Assembly: GCA_964468845.1 (NCBI GenBank)
Contig: CAYXWP010000002.1
Span: 1-37,005 of the forward strand
Source of the DNA: an uncultured Candidatus Saccharibacteria bacterium
GTDB lineage: Bacteria > Patescibacteriota > Minisyncoccia > Phycocordibacterales > PALSA-1337
DNA: 37,005 bases
Reading direction: 5' to 3'
Of this stretch, positions 26,925 through 34,817 are shown one piece after another. A program made the translations under genes and the position numbers. A model generated the notes under the pieces. The model made no database searches. It was not told where the DNA came from and worked only from the letters and a program-made list of their open reading frames with translations. How positions within the stretch are numbered: the stretch's first letter is position 1; every line of letters starts with the position of its first letter.

Positions 26925-27569
26925 CTACTCCTGCCCACTTAAATCCGCTATCTCATCTGCCACATTCCCCACTGTCGCATCCTTTGGCCCTCCTTTTCTT
27001 TTGAAATTTGGTCGTGGGCTATTTGCCTTCCCTTTTCCTCCAGAGTTCTGAAATCTATTTTGATGGCCGATTAAATATTTTTGAACATTTTCATCAAGAT
27101 CAAAGAAGTCGTCTACAACTTCACGTAGCTTGGTTGATGTCGATTTACCAAATGAAACCACTTCTACCTGACATCCCTCATTTACCTGCAAATATTCAAC
27201 AAGTGGAGCGAAGTCGCCATCACCTGTTAGAAGTATCACTGCATCAAGCTTTGGGGCAAGCTTTACAGCATCTATAGCCATACCGACATCCCAATCCGCC
27301 TTCTTTGCTCCACTTCCGAATATCTGAAGATCTTTTGTCTTTGTCTCTATCCCCATTTTTGTTAAAGCTTCAAAAAATGCTTTTTCATCACCTGCTTCTG
27401 TTGTTATAACATAAGCAACTGCACGGATAAGAGAACGTTCCCCTACCGCATCCTTAACTATTTGACCAAAATTGACCTTTGAATGATATAGATTTTTCGC
27501 ACTATGATAAATGTTTTGAGTATCTATGAAAACTCCAACACGTTGTTCTTTATGTTTAATTACTGACAT
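26925..27569 (-). CDS. NYN/LabA-like (PIN-fold) domain protein
   Basis: 214 aa with RVGVFIDTQNIYHSAK, KADWDVGMAIDAV and ILLTGDGDFAPLVEYLQ, plus a basic Gly-rich tail. Confidence 0.82.
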   Translation of the reverse strand: MSVIKHKEQRVGVFIDTQNIYHSAKNLYHSKVNFGQIVKDAVGERSLIRAVAYVITTEAGDEKAFFEALTKMGIETKTKDLQIFGSGAKKADWDVGMAIDAVKLAPKLDAVILLTGDGDFAPLVEYLQVNEGCQVEVVSFGKSTSTKLREVVDDFFDLDENVQKYLIGHQNRFQNSGGKGKANSPRPNFKRKGGPKDATVGNVADEIADLSGQE

Positions 27570-27632
27570 ATAAAAAATTACTTGCTAAATTATTAAAATG
27601 AGAACAACTAGAGAGAATTGTACCATTAAAAG

Positions 27633-27902
27633 CTATTTTGCCTTAATATCTAGTTTCTTTGCAATACTGTTGTAACGCTTGGTACTCTTTTTCTTTAGAT
27701 AGTTCATGTGAGTCTGTCTGTCCGCAACCATTGCTAGAAGTCCTCGTCTTGAGTGATTGTCTTTCTTGTGTTTCTTCAAGTGACTAGCCAATTCCTCAAT
27801 CCTTTTTGTAAGAATTGAAATCTGAACCTCTGGAGAACCAGTGTCCTTATCGTGAATTGCCACGTTTCTTATGATATTTACTTTCTGTCTTGTTGTTAAC
27901 AT
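27633..27902 (-). CDS. rpsO: 30S ribosomal protein S15
   Basis: 89 aa with DTGSPEVQISILTKRIEELASHLKKHKKDNHSRRGLL. Confidence 0.95.
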   Translation of the reverse strand: MLTTRQKVNIIRNVAIHDKDTGSPEVQISILTKRIEELASHLKKHKKDNHSRRGLLAMVADRQTHMNYLKKKSTKRYNSIAKKLDIKAK

Positions 27903-27911
27903 GATTGAAAT

Positions 27912-27920
27912 ATACTAGCA
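27912..27920 (-). promoter_or_regulatory. Extended -10 (TGcTAGTAT) 9 nt upstream of the rpsO ATG
   Basis: The minus strand reads TGCTAGTAT followed by atttcaatc and then ATG. Confidence 0.45.
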
Positions 27921-27974
27921 TGAATGCCTTTAAAGCGCAAATTTTGTGGGTTCTCGCGTGGAAAAGTAGGACAT

Positions 27975-27982
27975 TGTATACT
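27975..27982 (+). promoter_or_regulatory. -10 element (TGTATACT) 6 nt upstream of the recombinase ATG
   Basis: TATACT is at 27977-27982, followed by gtatct and then the ATG at 27989. Confidence 0.5.
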
Positions 27983-27988
27983 GTATCT

Positions 27989-30187
27989 ATGTCGCACAAT
28001 CTTTCAACACTCAAAACAGAATTCCTTCAATACACAGAAATAGAAAAAGGACGAAGTTTAAATACAGTTAGAAATTACGATCAATATCTCAGTCGTTTTC
28101 TCGACTATACAAAATTGAAAGATCCAAAGGATATAACAGATAATGTAGTTCGAGATTTTCGTATTTGGCTTAATCGTCAGATTGCTATAAATGAAAAAGG
28201 AGTTGCACCTTCAACTTTAAAAAAAAGAACACAAAATTATTATTTAATTGCCCTGCGCGCGTTTTTAAAATATTTGGCAAGACAAGGAATAGCTTCCCTC
28301 TCGCCGGATAGAATAGAATTAGCAAAAGTCCCAGAGAGATCTTTGGATTTGATTACAATTGAAGAATTAGAAAGATTATTAAATGCACCAGACACTTCAA
28401 ATTTAAAAGGCTTGCGAGACAAGGCGATGCTCGAACTTCTTTTTTCTACCGGCCTTCGCGTTTCTGAATTATGTGCACTTCCAAGTGATATTAATCTTAA
28501 ACTTGATGAAATGTCGGTTAGAGGAAAGGGTGAAAAAGTACGAGTTGTGTTTATTTCAGACGATGCGAGAAATGCAGTACAAAAATATTTGGATAAAAGA
28601 GACGATATGGACGATGCTCTTTTCGTACGAATTTCCGGAAAAGGAGAAGAAAAACTTTCTCAGAAAAAGAATTCTTTAAGATTAGACCGCCGTACAGTAG
28701 AAAGAATAGTTAAACAATATGCAATCAAATCAGGAATTTCAAAAAAAGTTACGCCGCATGTTATAAGACATTGTCTTCATCCAAATACTAGAATTGTAAC
28801 TTCGTTGGGAATATTATCTGCTAAGGAATTAAGCAATTCTAAACGAAGTCTTGTTAAAAGCATTGATTTTTGTAAGGGTAAAGTGATGCTTGGCAAGGTA
28901 ATTAATCGAGATAAACATTCTACAGAGACTTTATTAAGTATATGGGCAGACGGTAGAGAGATTATAACTACACCATACCATACATTTTTTACAATAAATG
29001 AAAATGGAATTGTAGAAAAACAACTACAGGATTTTGCTATTGGAGAGTATATTGCGGGGGTAAAACATATAGATTATTCTTTTAATAAAAATGAAATTGA
29101 AGGTGCAGATTTTTGGAGATTAACTGGATATATTCTAGGAGATGGCACCTTAAGTGAAAGAAGGCGTGGAATACTTATTAGTGATAAAGACATAAGTCAT
29201 ATTGAATATTATGAAGATCTAGCTGAAAAAGTGATTGGCAGAAAGCCAATAACTGGTGTAAGCAAACAAAGCAGAACTTACTTCTTACATATTTATGATG
29301 TTAAATTATTAAGAAAATTAAGACAATTCGGCATCACACAATATTCTAAATATAGGCGTGTTCCAGAAAGACTATTTAAAGCAAGCAAGGAGGAAATATG
29401 CGCTTTTCTGGCTGGATATTATGATGCTGAAGGAAATAGTGGAGATATAAGAATATTTTCTACTAGTAAAGATTTACTAAAAGATGTTCAAGCTTTATTT
29501 TTGATACTTGATATTGATTCTGTTTTGGTAAGAAGATACAGAAAGGTTAAGTTACCAAAAGGTAAAATTATTGATAATACAATTTATACACTTCATGTAA
29601 CGACTTTTAAAAATCAAAGAAAATTCAAGTTGATAATTCAGACATTAAAACAAAAAATAATAGTTAATCATGAGAATAATGAAGACGAAAAAATACCCTG
29701 TCAAAAAATATTAAGGAAGTTGTATTCTGTATTGTTACAAAATAAAGGGCTAATATACGAAATACAAAATAAATGTAATATAAAGAATCTTGCAAGATAT
29801 AAAAAAATTTGTTTGTCTAAGGTTTTATTAGAAAAAATTATTACTATTTTACAAAAAAAAGGATTAAAATCTAATTCAATTAGTCCCCTTCAGAATCTAT
29901 TAGTATTAAGTTCACATATTAAATGGTTAAAAATTAAGAAAATAGAAAAGATAAACGAAAAAACAGAAGTATATGATTTTACTATTGATAAATATTCAAA
30001 TTTAATAACAGATGGATTCATTTCTCATAATTCTTTCGCTACTGATTTACTGCGAAATGGTGCAGACCTTCGCTCGGTGCAAATGCTCCTTGGTCATGCG
30101 AATATAAATACAACTCAGATATATACTCACGTCACAGATACAGAATTAAAAAAGATTCATAAAAAGTTTCATAGAAAGAGTGAATAA
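27989..30187 (+). CDS. xerC: XerC/XerD-type tyrosine recombinase interrupted by an intein
   Basis: Contains [39 protein letters not shown]|...|[34 protein letters not shown]. The start was set at MSHNLSTLK because of the -10 element. Confidence 0.9.
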   Translation: MSHNLSTLKTEFLQYTEIEKGRSLNTVRNYDQYLSRFLDYTKLKDPKDITDNVVRDFRIWLNRQIAINEKGVAPSTLKKRTQNYYLIALRAFLKYLARQGIASLSPDRIELAKVPERSLDLITIEELERLLNAPDTSNLKGLRDKAMLELLFSTGLRVSELCALPSDINLKLDEMSVRGKGEKVRVVFISDDARNAVQKYLDKRDDMDDALFVRISGKGEEKLSQKKNSLRLDRRTVERIVKQYAIKSGISKKVTPHVIRHCLHPNTRIVTSLGILSAKELSNSKRSLVKSIDFCKGKVMLGKVINRDKHSTETLLSIWADGREIITTPYHTFFTINENGIVEKQLQDFAIGEYIAGVKHIDYSFNKNEIEGADFWRLTGYILGDGTLSERRRGILISDKDISHIEYYEDLAEKVIGRKPITGVSKQSRTYFLHIYDVKLLRKLRQFGITQYSKYRRVPERLFKASKEEICAFLAGYYDAEGNSGDIRIFSTSKDLLKDVQALFLILDIDSVLVRRYRKVKLPKGKIIDNTIYTLHVTTFKNQRKFKLIIQTLKQKIIVNHENNEDEKIPCQKILRKLYSVLLQNKGLIYEIQNKCNIKNLARYKKICLSKVLLEKIITILQKKGLKSNSISPLQNLLVLSSHIKWLKIKKIEKINEKTEVYDFTIDKYSNLITDGFISHNSFATDLLRNGADLRSVQMLLGHANINTTQIYTHVTDTELKKIHKKFHRKSE
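28772..30031 (+). mobile_element. Intein (420 aa) with a LAGLIDADG homing-endonuclease domain, inserted after the catalytic RH of the recombinase
   Basis: The host motif HxLRH|SFAT is split as IRH / CLHPNTRIV...FISHN / SFAT. Block B is TPYH. The LAGLIDADG motifs are [11 protein letters not shown] and [11 protein letters not shown]. Confidence 0.88.
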
Positions 30188-30190
30188 AAA

Positions 30191-30213
30191 ACTGCACATA
30201 CCGTATGTGCAGT
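30191..30213. terminator. Hairpin between the convergent recombinase and MFS genes
   Basis: ACTGCACATA-ccg-TATGTGCAGT is a perfect 10-bp stem. An A5 run lies upstream on the plus strand, giving a T-tract on the minus strand. Confidence 0.7.
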
Positions 30214-30228
30214 TCCTGACGCCTACTT

Positions 30229-31425
30229 TTACTTGTGAAAAAACTTCACATAGTAAAGTGTAAGTACTATTCCCAACAAAGTTGTGACAATTCCAAGCCA
30301 AGTTATTGCTATTCCCAAACTTGCAGAAGATATGAGTGCAGAAAACATCAGCATGCACAATACTTCCACAGCTTGATGCATGGCTGATTTCACCGAAAGT
30401 ACAGTCGCTCTATTGTCGGATTCAATCCTCTTGTGAAGCATATTGCTTACGAACGGGCCCAAGTACCCCCGAACTAAATTTTGGAAAAGTACAAGAGATA
30501 TCGACCATTTTGAGACAACGGAACCCATAACTATCATTGGCAATGTAATTGCTCCGATAGATAGGATTACCCCATTTTTTCCCTCAAGTCTCTTTGAAAT
30601 TTGATTTGCAAAGTACCCTGATAGGCCGGCGACAATGTTTAAGGTAAAAAACACGTACCCATAATATTTCAGGTCGAGATTGACCATTTCAAAATATGGA
30701 TTGTAAGTGAAGAACCAAAGTTTTGATGTGACTCCAATAAGCACTGTGAACGATATGATCCAAAGGATATGTTTTCTTTTGACTACATATTTTATGCTTT
30801 CAATCATATGATTTTGATAGCTAATTTTTTTGAACTTGTCTGTGTGAATTTCTGTTTCGACAAAAAAATAGGATATAACTAATGTAAGGGTCATGAGCAT
30901 CGCGTCTATTACGATCGGAATCCGCATATTAATGTTTGCAATGTATCCCGACAATAGAGACATTACCGCCGTCACTGCGAGATAGTATGAAGAGGACTTC
31001 CCTTCAACATCTCTGTACATTGTTTCAAGTTTGTTCGCGTCTTTCGTTGTTTGTTTTAGACTATCGTATATCAGGGCAGAATCTGCACCCGAGACGAACG
31101 AAGAACCTATCGCCCATAATGCGTTACCTACCCACAACAAGACATGGTCAGTAGCCGATGCAAAGCAGATCAATTCTGCAATAAGTATCAAGCAACCAAT
31201 TTTTATTGTTTTAACTCTTCCCCATCTATCAGCCAATACCCCCGTGGGTATTTGTAGTATGACGAGGAGGACTACACAGCATGCTTCGCAGAAATATACT
31301 TCTGAAAGAGGCATATGACAAAAATTTGTCATATAGGCGACTAGAATCGGCCCTCTCATTGTTGAATTACTCAGTAATTTATACAGGTAGTAGGTTTTTA
31401 CGTTTGTATTTACGCTTGTTTTCAT
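30229..31425 (-). CDS. MFS transporter
   Basis: 398 aa with about 12 hydrophobic helices and MFS motif A, GVLADRWGRVKT. Confidence 0.85.
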   Translation of the reverse strand: MKTSVNTNVKTYYLYKLLSNSTMRGPILVAYMTNFCHMPLSEVYFCEACCVVLLVILQIPTGVLADRWGRVKTIKIGCLILIAELICFASATDHVLLWVGNALWAIGSSFVSGADSALIYDSLKQTTKDANKLETMYRDVEGKSSSYYLAVTAVMSLLSGYIANINMRIPIVIDAMLMTLTLVISYFFVETEIHTDKFKKISYQNHMIESIKYVVKRKHILWIISFTVLIGVTSKLWFFTYNPYFEMVNLDLKYYGYVFFTLNIVAGLSGYFANQISKRLEGKNGVILSIGAITLPMIVMGSVVSKWSISLVLFQNLVRGYLGPFVSNMLHKRIESDNRATVLSVKSAMHQAVEVLCMLMFSALISSASLGIAITWLGIVTTLLGIVLTLYYVKFFHK

Positions 31426-31469
31426 TTTTCAGCCTTTCTTTTTGTTTTACTTTGTTGTTTAAAAGAACA

Positions 31470-31540
31470 AATCGTTATTCATCGGATTAGCCGAAACGAT
31501 TCTAGATGGCAAAAGAAAATCTCGGCCATCTAGCCGAGAT
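31470..31540. promoter_or_regulatory. Block of three hairpins, two of them mutually exclusive (attenuator-like)
   Basis: First hairpin: AATCGTT-attca-TCGG-attag-CCGA-AACGATT (31470-31501). Second pairing: CTAGATGGC (31502-10) with GCCATCTAG (31525-33). Third pairing: ATCTCGGC (31519-26) with GCCGAGAT (31533-40). On the minus strand TTTCTTTT follows the last hairpin. Confidence 0.5.
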
Positions 31541-31729
31541 TGTCTTTGCTCAAATAATAAACTAAATTTAGTTAAGAGAGATAAACACAACCTTGGCCAA
31601 GTGGCGAAGTAATATAGGCAAATAGGCCTGCGTCAGAGACGGGCATTTGCTTTCTATGGGTTGTATTTGAATACTTTATCATTACCACAACAGAGTACCA
31701 TTAAAAATTCATCAGGTCAATGAATAGCT

Positions 31730-31738
31730 TGTGGATAA
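31730..31738 (-). promoter_or_regulatory. Perfect DnaA-box 9-mer (TTATCCACA), 4 nt upstream of the xth extended -10
   Basis: The plus strand reads TGTGGATAA. Confidence 0.35.
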
Positions 31739-31742
31739 TATT

Positions 31743-31751
31743 TGATATACT
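31743..31751 (+). promoter_or_regulatory. Extended -10 (TGaTATACT) 7 nt upstream of the xth ATG
   Basis: Read directly. The ATG is at 31759. Confidence 0.55.
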
Positions 31752-31758
31752 TTTACCC

Positions 31759-32559
31759 ATGAACATCATCTCTTGGAATGTAAATGGTCTGCGTGCAAAT
31801 GTAAAAAAGGGTGGATTTGACTGGTTTTTACAGAAATCTCCTGATTTTATGTGTTTACAGGAAACTAAGGTTCACCCAGAGCAATTGGAGGAAGGTGTTA
31901 GAAATCCACTAGGATATCATTCGTATTTTGACCATTCGAAAGAAAAGAAAGGATATAGCGGTGTTGCTATTTATGCGAAGGAAAAAGCGGATAAGGTTGA
32001 ATATGGCCTTGGGATTGAAGAATTTGATAAGGAAGGCCGTTTTTTGGCTCTATTTTATGAAGATAAAAAAATATTAGGCACAAAATTCATTTTAATTAAC
32101 TGCTACTTCCCAAATGGCGGAGGAGGTCCAGATAGACTAGACTACAAAATGCGTTTTTATGATGAATTTTTAAATTATATAAATAAGCATAAGAAAGCTG
32201 GCTATGAAATTATTTTTTGTGGCGATGTAAACACTGCTCACAATGAAATAGACCTTGCTCGCCCAAAGGAGAATGAAAAGAATACGGGTTTTTTACCCCA
32301 AGAGAGAGAATGGATAGATCAAGTTGTGCAGGCGGGCTATGTAGATATTTTTAGAGAGAAGAATCCAGCAAAGACGGGTGCCTATACTTGGTGGGACATG
32401 AAAACCTTTGCACGCGAGAGGAATGTTGGCTGGAGAATTGATTATTTTTTCATTTCCCCTGCTCTGGTGAAAAAAGTTAAGAAAATTACCATTTTGAACA
32501 TGGTTTTTGGTTCAGACCATTGCCCAGTCGAACTTGAATTGGACAACCCGAGTCGGTAA
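31759..32559 (+). CDS. xth: Exodeoxyribonuclease III (AP endonuclease)
   Basis: MNIISWNVNGLRA, CLQETK and GSDHCPV. The start was moved from 31720 to the conserved N-terminus. Confidence 0.92.
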   Translation: MNIISWNVNGLRANVKKGGFDWFLQKSPDFMCLQETKVHPEQLEEGVRNPLGYHSYFDHSKEKKGYSGVAIYAKEKADKVEYGLGIEEFDKEGRFLALFYEDKKILGTKFILINCYFPNGGGGPDRLDYKMRFYDEFLNYINKHKKAGYEIIFCGDVNTAHNEIDLARPKENEKNTGFLPQEREWIDQVVQAGYVDIFREKNPAKTGAYTWWDMKTFARERNVGWRIDYFFISPALVKKVKKITILNMVFGSDHCPVELELDNPSR

Positions 32560-32570
32560 ATTAATAATCA

Positions 32571-34187
32571 TTAACCCGTTATTTTTCTATACACAGAATA
32601 GTATTTAATAAAATATTTATCCATTATTCCTCTCATCATGTACTCGATCGGCGAATAATTGTCGGTAAGAATTATACCCTTCCCTATCCCTCTACCCACG
32701 TTAACCGTTTCCTTATCCAGTAGGAGTTTGGAGAGGAACAAACTGGGATCAATCTTCGCTAGTTTTTTTAACAAAACTACGCGGTCAATATATTTGTCGT
32801 TATTGATTCCAAATATAGTTATGCTTTGTATGCTACTTTTTTTGTCGCCAAAGGTAAAAACATAATTATTTGGAAAAGTTTCGTTAATTGTACTGTAGAC
32901 ACTCTCAAACATTTTTGAGTCCTTTCCCTCAACAGCCCCGATGAAGTTTATTGCATATATCCCATTTTGATTGAGACTATTTTTTATTTCCCCAATAAAT
33001 TCTTTTGTAAGTAGATGCCAAGGAACCGAAATAAAAGAATTATAGGCGTCCCCGTATATTAAGTCGTACTTCTCTGATTTTTCAGAATCACCTTTTTTAT
33101 TTGCTTTCCTGCCTGCAAATTTCATTCTCGCATCAGTTATCTCCGTTTTTATATTGTATTTTTCAAGGTCAAAATACTCCTTTGCGATTTTTTCTACTTC
33201 CGGGTCTATTTCAGATACAGTTATGTTTGATTTTGGGTAGATTTTTCTTAGATTAATTGGTAATGAATATGCTCCAGCGCCAATTACATGTATGTTTTCT
33301 ATTTTGTTAGAAAATGCAGAGAAAGCTGGGTGAATGTCGGTATACAAAATTTGTGTAGGTTTCTCTGTGCGCACACTATGGGAATCGATATCCAAAAAAA
33401 GCCACCTATTTTTCCCATACTGATCATAATAATCATAGTCAACCACTTTCGCCATGTAGTACCCCGTTTCCTTCTGGTAGACAATCTTTGATGATGTCGT
33501 ATCGTCCTTTTGTATTCGAGAAAAAATAGATACTAAGAATATTATTAAAATAAAAACAACGAAGCCAATTTCTCGTTTTAGATAGGCAGAGTCTTTTTTG
33601 ATATTTTTAATATAAAAAAAGAAGAAAAGTATTAAGAAAATAATGGATATAAAGTAAATTGTGCCAGAGCTTCCAATTTTGGAAATAAAATAGAATCCCG
33701 TCATGAACACACCGAGAATACTTCCTAAAGACCATAATCCTGACAGAAGTCCATATTTTCTCCCAATGTTTTTTATATCGTTAACGTAAAGATTAAAAAT
33801 TATTGGTGATATTGTGCCGATTGCGATGGACGGCAAAAGAAAGAGTATCGTGCAAATAATTACAGAAAGCCACATTATAGAAAATCCTTTGTCTAAAATG
33901 AAATCAATGTTCTTCGATAGTGGAATAATTAAATAAACAAAGAACATAGACAAAAGCATTGATAAAGATAATATTTTTTCACCATTAAATATTTTTGTAT
34001 AATTATCCGCAATCTTTCCTCCGATTAAATTACCAATTGTTAAGCCGAAGAGAATCGTGCCAATAACTGAAGTCCATGTAAAGATTGAAGAACCTATAAT
34101 TGGAGCGATAATTCTCGAGGACGCGAGTTCTACTGTCATAAGAGAAAAACCGGCAACGAAAGCACTAATATAATATTTACTGTTCAT
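32571..34187 (-). CDS. Fused polytopic membrane domain and spermidine synthase-like methyltransferase-fold protein
   Basis: 538 aa with about 7 TM helices, then VIGAGAYSLP (SAM/dcSAM-binding Gly-rich loop) and DLIYGDAYN. Confidence 0.8.
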   Translation of the reverse strand: MNSKYYISAFVAGFSLMTVELASSRIIAPIIGSSIFTWTSVIGTILFGLTIGNLIGGKIADNYTKIFNGEKILSLSMLLSMFFVYLIIPLSKNIDFILDKGFSIMWLSVIICTILFLLPSIAIGTISPIIFNLYVNDIKNIGRKYGLLSGLWSLGSILGVFMTGFYFISKIGSSGTIYFISIIFLILFFFFYIKNIKKDSAYLKREIGFVVFILIIFLVSIFSRIQKDDTTSSKIVYQKETGYYMAKVVDYDYYDQYGKNRWLFLDIDSHSVRTEKPTQILYTDIHPAFSAFSNKIENIHVIGAGAYSLPINLRKIYPKSNITVSEIDPEVEKIAKEYFDLEKYNIKTEITDARMKFAGRKANKKGDSEKSEKYDLIYGDAYNSFISVPWHLLTKEFIGEIKNSLNQNGIYAINFIGAVEGKDSKMFESVYSTINETFPNNYVFTFGDKKSSIQSITIFGINNDKYIDRVVLLKKLAKIDPSLFLSKLLLDKETVNVGRGIGKGIILTDNYSPIEYMMRGIMDKYFIKYYSVYRKITG

Positions 34188-34193
34188 AAGTTT

Positions 34194-34202
34194 ATAGTAA
34201 CA
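34194..34202 (-). promoter_or_regulatory. Extended -10 (TGtTACTAT) 6 nt upstream of the ATG of the spermidine-synthase-like gene
   Basis: The minus strand reads TGTTACTAT followed by aaactt and then ATG (34187). Confidence 0.5.
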
Positions 34203-34281
34203 CCAAGAGTGTCTTTATTGAAATGAAATTAAAGCAAATGTCTTTTTGTGGCGCGAAATTTTATAAAGGACAAAAAAATAG

Positions 34282-34290
34282 TTATCCACA
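34282..34290 (+). promoter_or_regulatory. Perfect DnaA-box 9-mer (TTATCCACA) in the loop of a 9-bp inverted repeat
   Basis: TTATCCACA was read directly. It is flanked by TAAAGGACA (34264-72) and TGTCCTTTA (34305-13). Confidence 0.35.
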
Positions 34291-34309
34291 GTTATCGTTG
34301 CATATGTCC

Positions 34310-34337
34310 TTTACATGTCTTTTATACTTGATACAAT
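34310..34337 (+). promoter_or_regulatory. Promoter TTTACA-16-(TGa)TACAAT facing the ORF-free structured region
   Basis: The -35 is at 34310-15 and the -10 at 34332-37, preceded by TGa. No start codon or ORF follows. Confidence 0.5.
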
Positions 34338-34343
34338 GATACC

Positions 34344-34768
34344 AGATCGGTAGAGTCTTCAACCGAGGTGGATTCTGCAAAGCTCTTCGCACAATTTAAT
34401 TGGGGTAGTAGTAATAAGCTCTTTTTTGGAATTCACCTTAAGAGAAAACAACCCTTCGTCAGCTTAAGCTGAGCCACTGCATAACTTCTCAAAAATTTTT
34501 TATGTTCCCTCCAGGAACAACATTATCGAAGTATTTTTGCAAAGCTCCCTTTCGCCAAAGAATGTTGGATAGTTTTCGTTGAGCCGGTCTGTGGACCGCA
34601 TGGCTCCTTACAGAGTGCATTTCACTCTAACAACCGCGTTAATGAAGTTTGTCGGTAATAGTCTCATTCTAACCTTGGGATGAATACCGCGCATTCTCTA
34701 GACGCGGTTGATTTGTATCTATTTTTTTAACACTAATTCATAATAAAATGGCTCAGTTAAGCCATTTT
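34344..34768 (+). ncRNA. Candidate structured RNA of unknown class (strand and ends tentative)
   Basis: The 630-bp gap has no ORF of 60 aa or more. One line hand-counted at 50% G+C against about 32% in ordinary genes. Many perfect local and long-range helices are present. A promoter lies upstream and a bidirectional terminator lies at 34745-68. Confidence 0.3.
34745..34768. terminator. Bidirectional terminator downstream of cca
   Basis: AAAATGGCT-cagtta-AGCCATTTT is a 9-bp stem whose A and T tracts are part of the stem. Confidence 0.6.
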
Positions 34769-34817
34769 ACTTAGTTTTACCTCGTTTTTCTTCCAAGTTT
34801 CACGTGAAAGATGTTTC

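Noticed and set aside
31585-31665. tRNA-like segment (TTGGCCAAGTGGCGAAG resembles a class II tRNA D-arm, enclosed by an ACAACC/GGTTGT stem)
   Set aside because: There is no T-arm (GTTCRANNC). The D-loop would be about 18 nt and the only anticodon-like hairpin has a 9-nt loop. It is not a tRNA, and is kept only as an unexplained structured element.
31730-34290. Perfect DnaA boxes as evidence for oriC
   Set aside because: There are only two boxes, 2.5 kb apart, with no cluster, no AT-rich unwinding element pattern and no dnaA or dnaN nearby. They are reported only as isolated promoter-proximal boxes.
34581-34606. Hairpin GAGCCGGTCtgtgGACCgcatGGCTC as group II intron domain V
   Set aside because: It is too short (26 nt versus about 34 nt), its loop is UGUG rather than GNRA, the bulge is the wrong size, and no RT/maturase ORF or other intron domains are nearby.
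34344-34730. Structured region as RNase P RNA, tmRNA, SRP RNA or a cobalamin riboswitch
   Set aside because: Neither strand has GGAAAGUCC or a P4 partner. There is no 5' GGGG with a 3' T-arm/CCA, and no plausible ...LAA tag frame. There is no GGAA-capped SRP helix 8. The lone GCCACTG at about 34473 lacks the rest of a B12 element. The class is left unknown.
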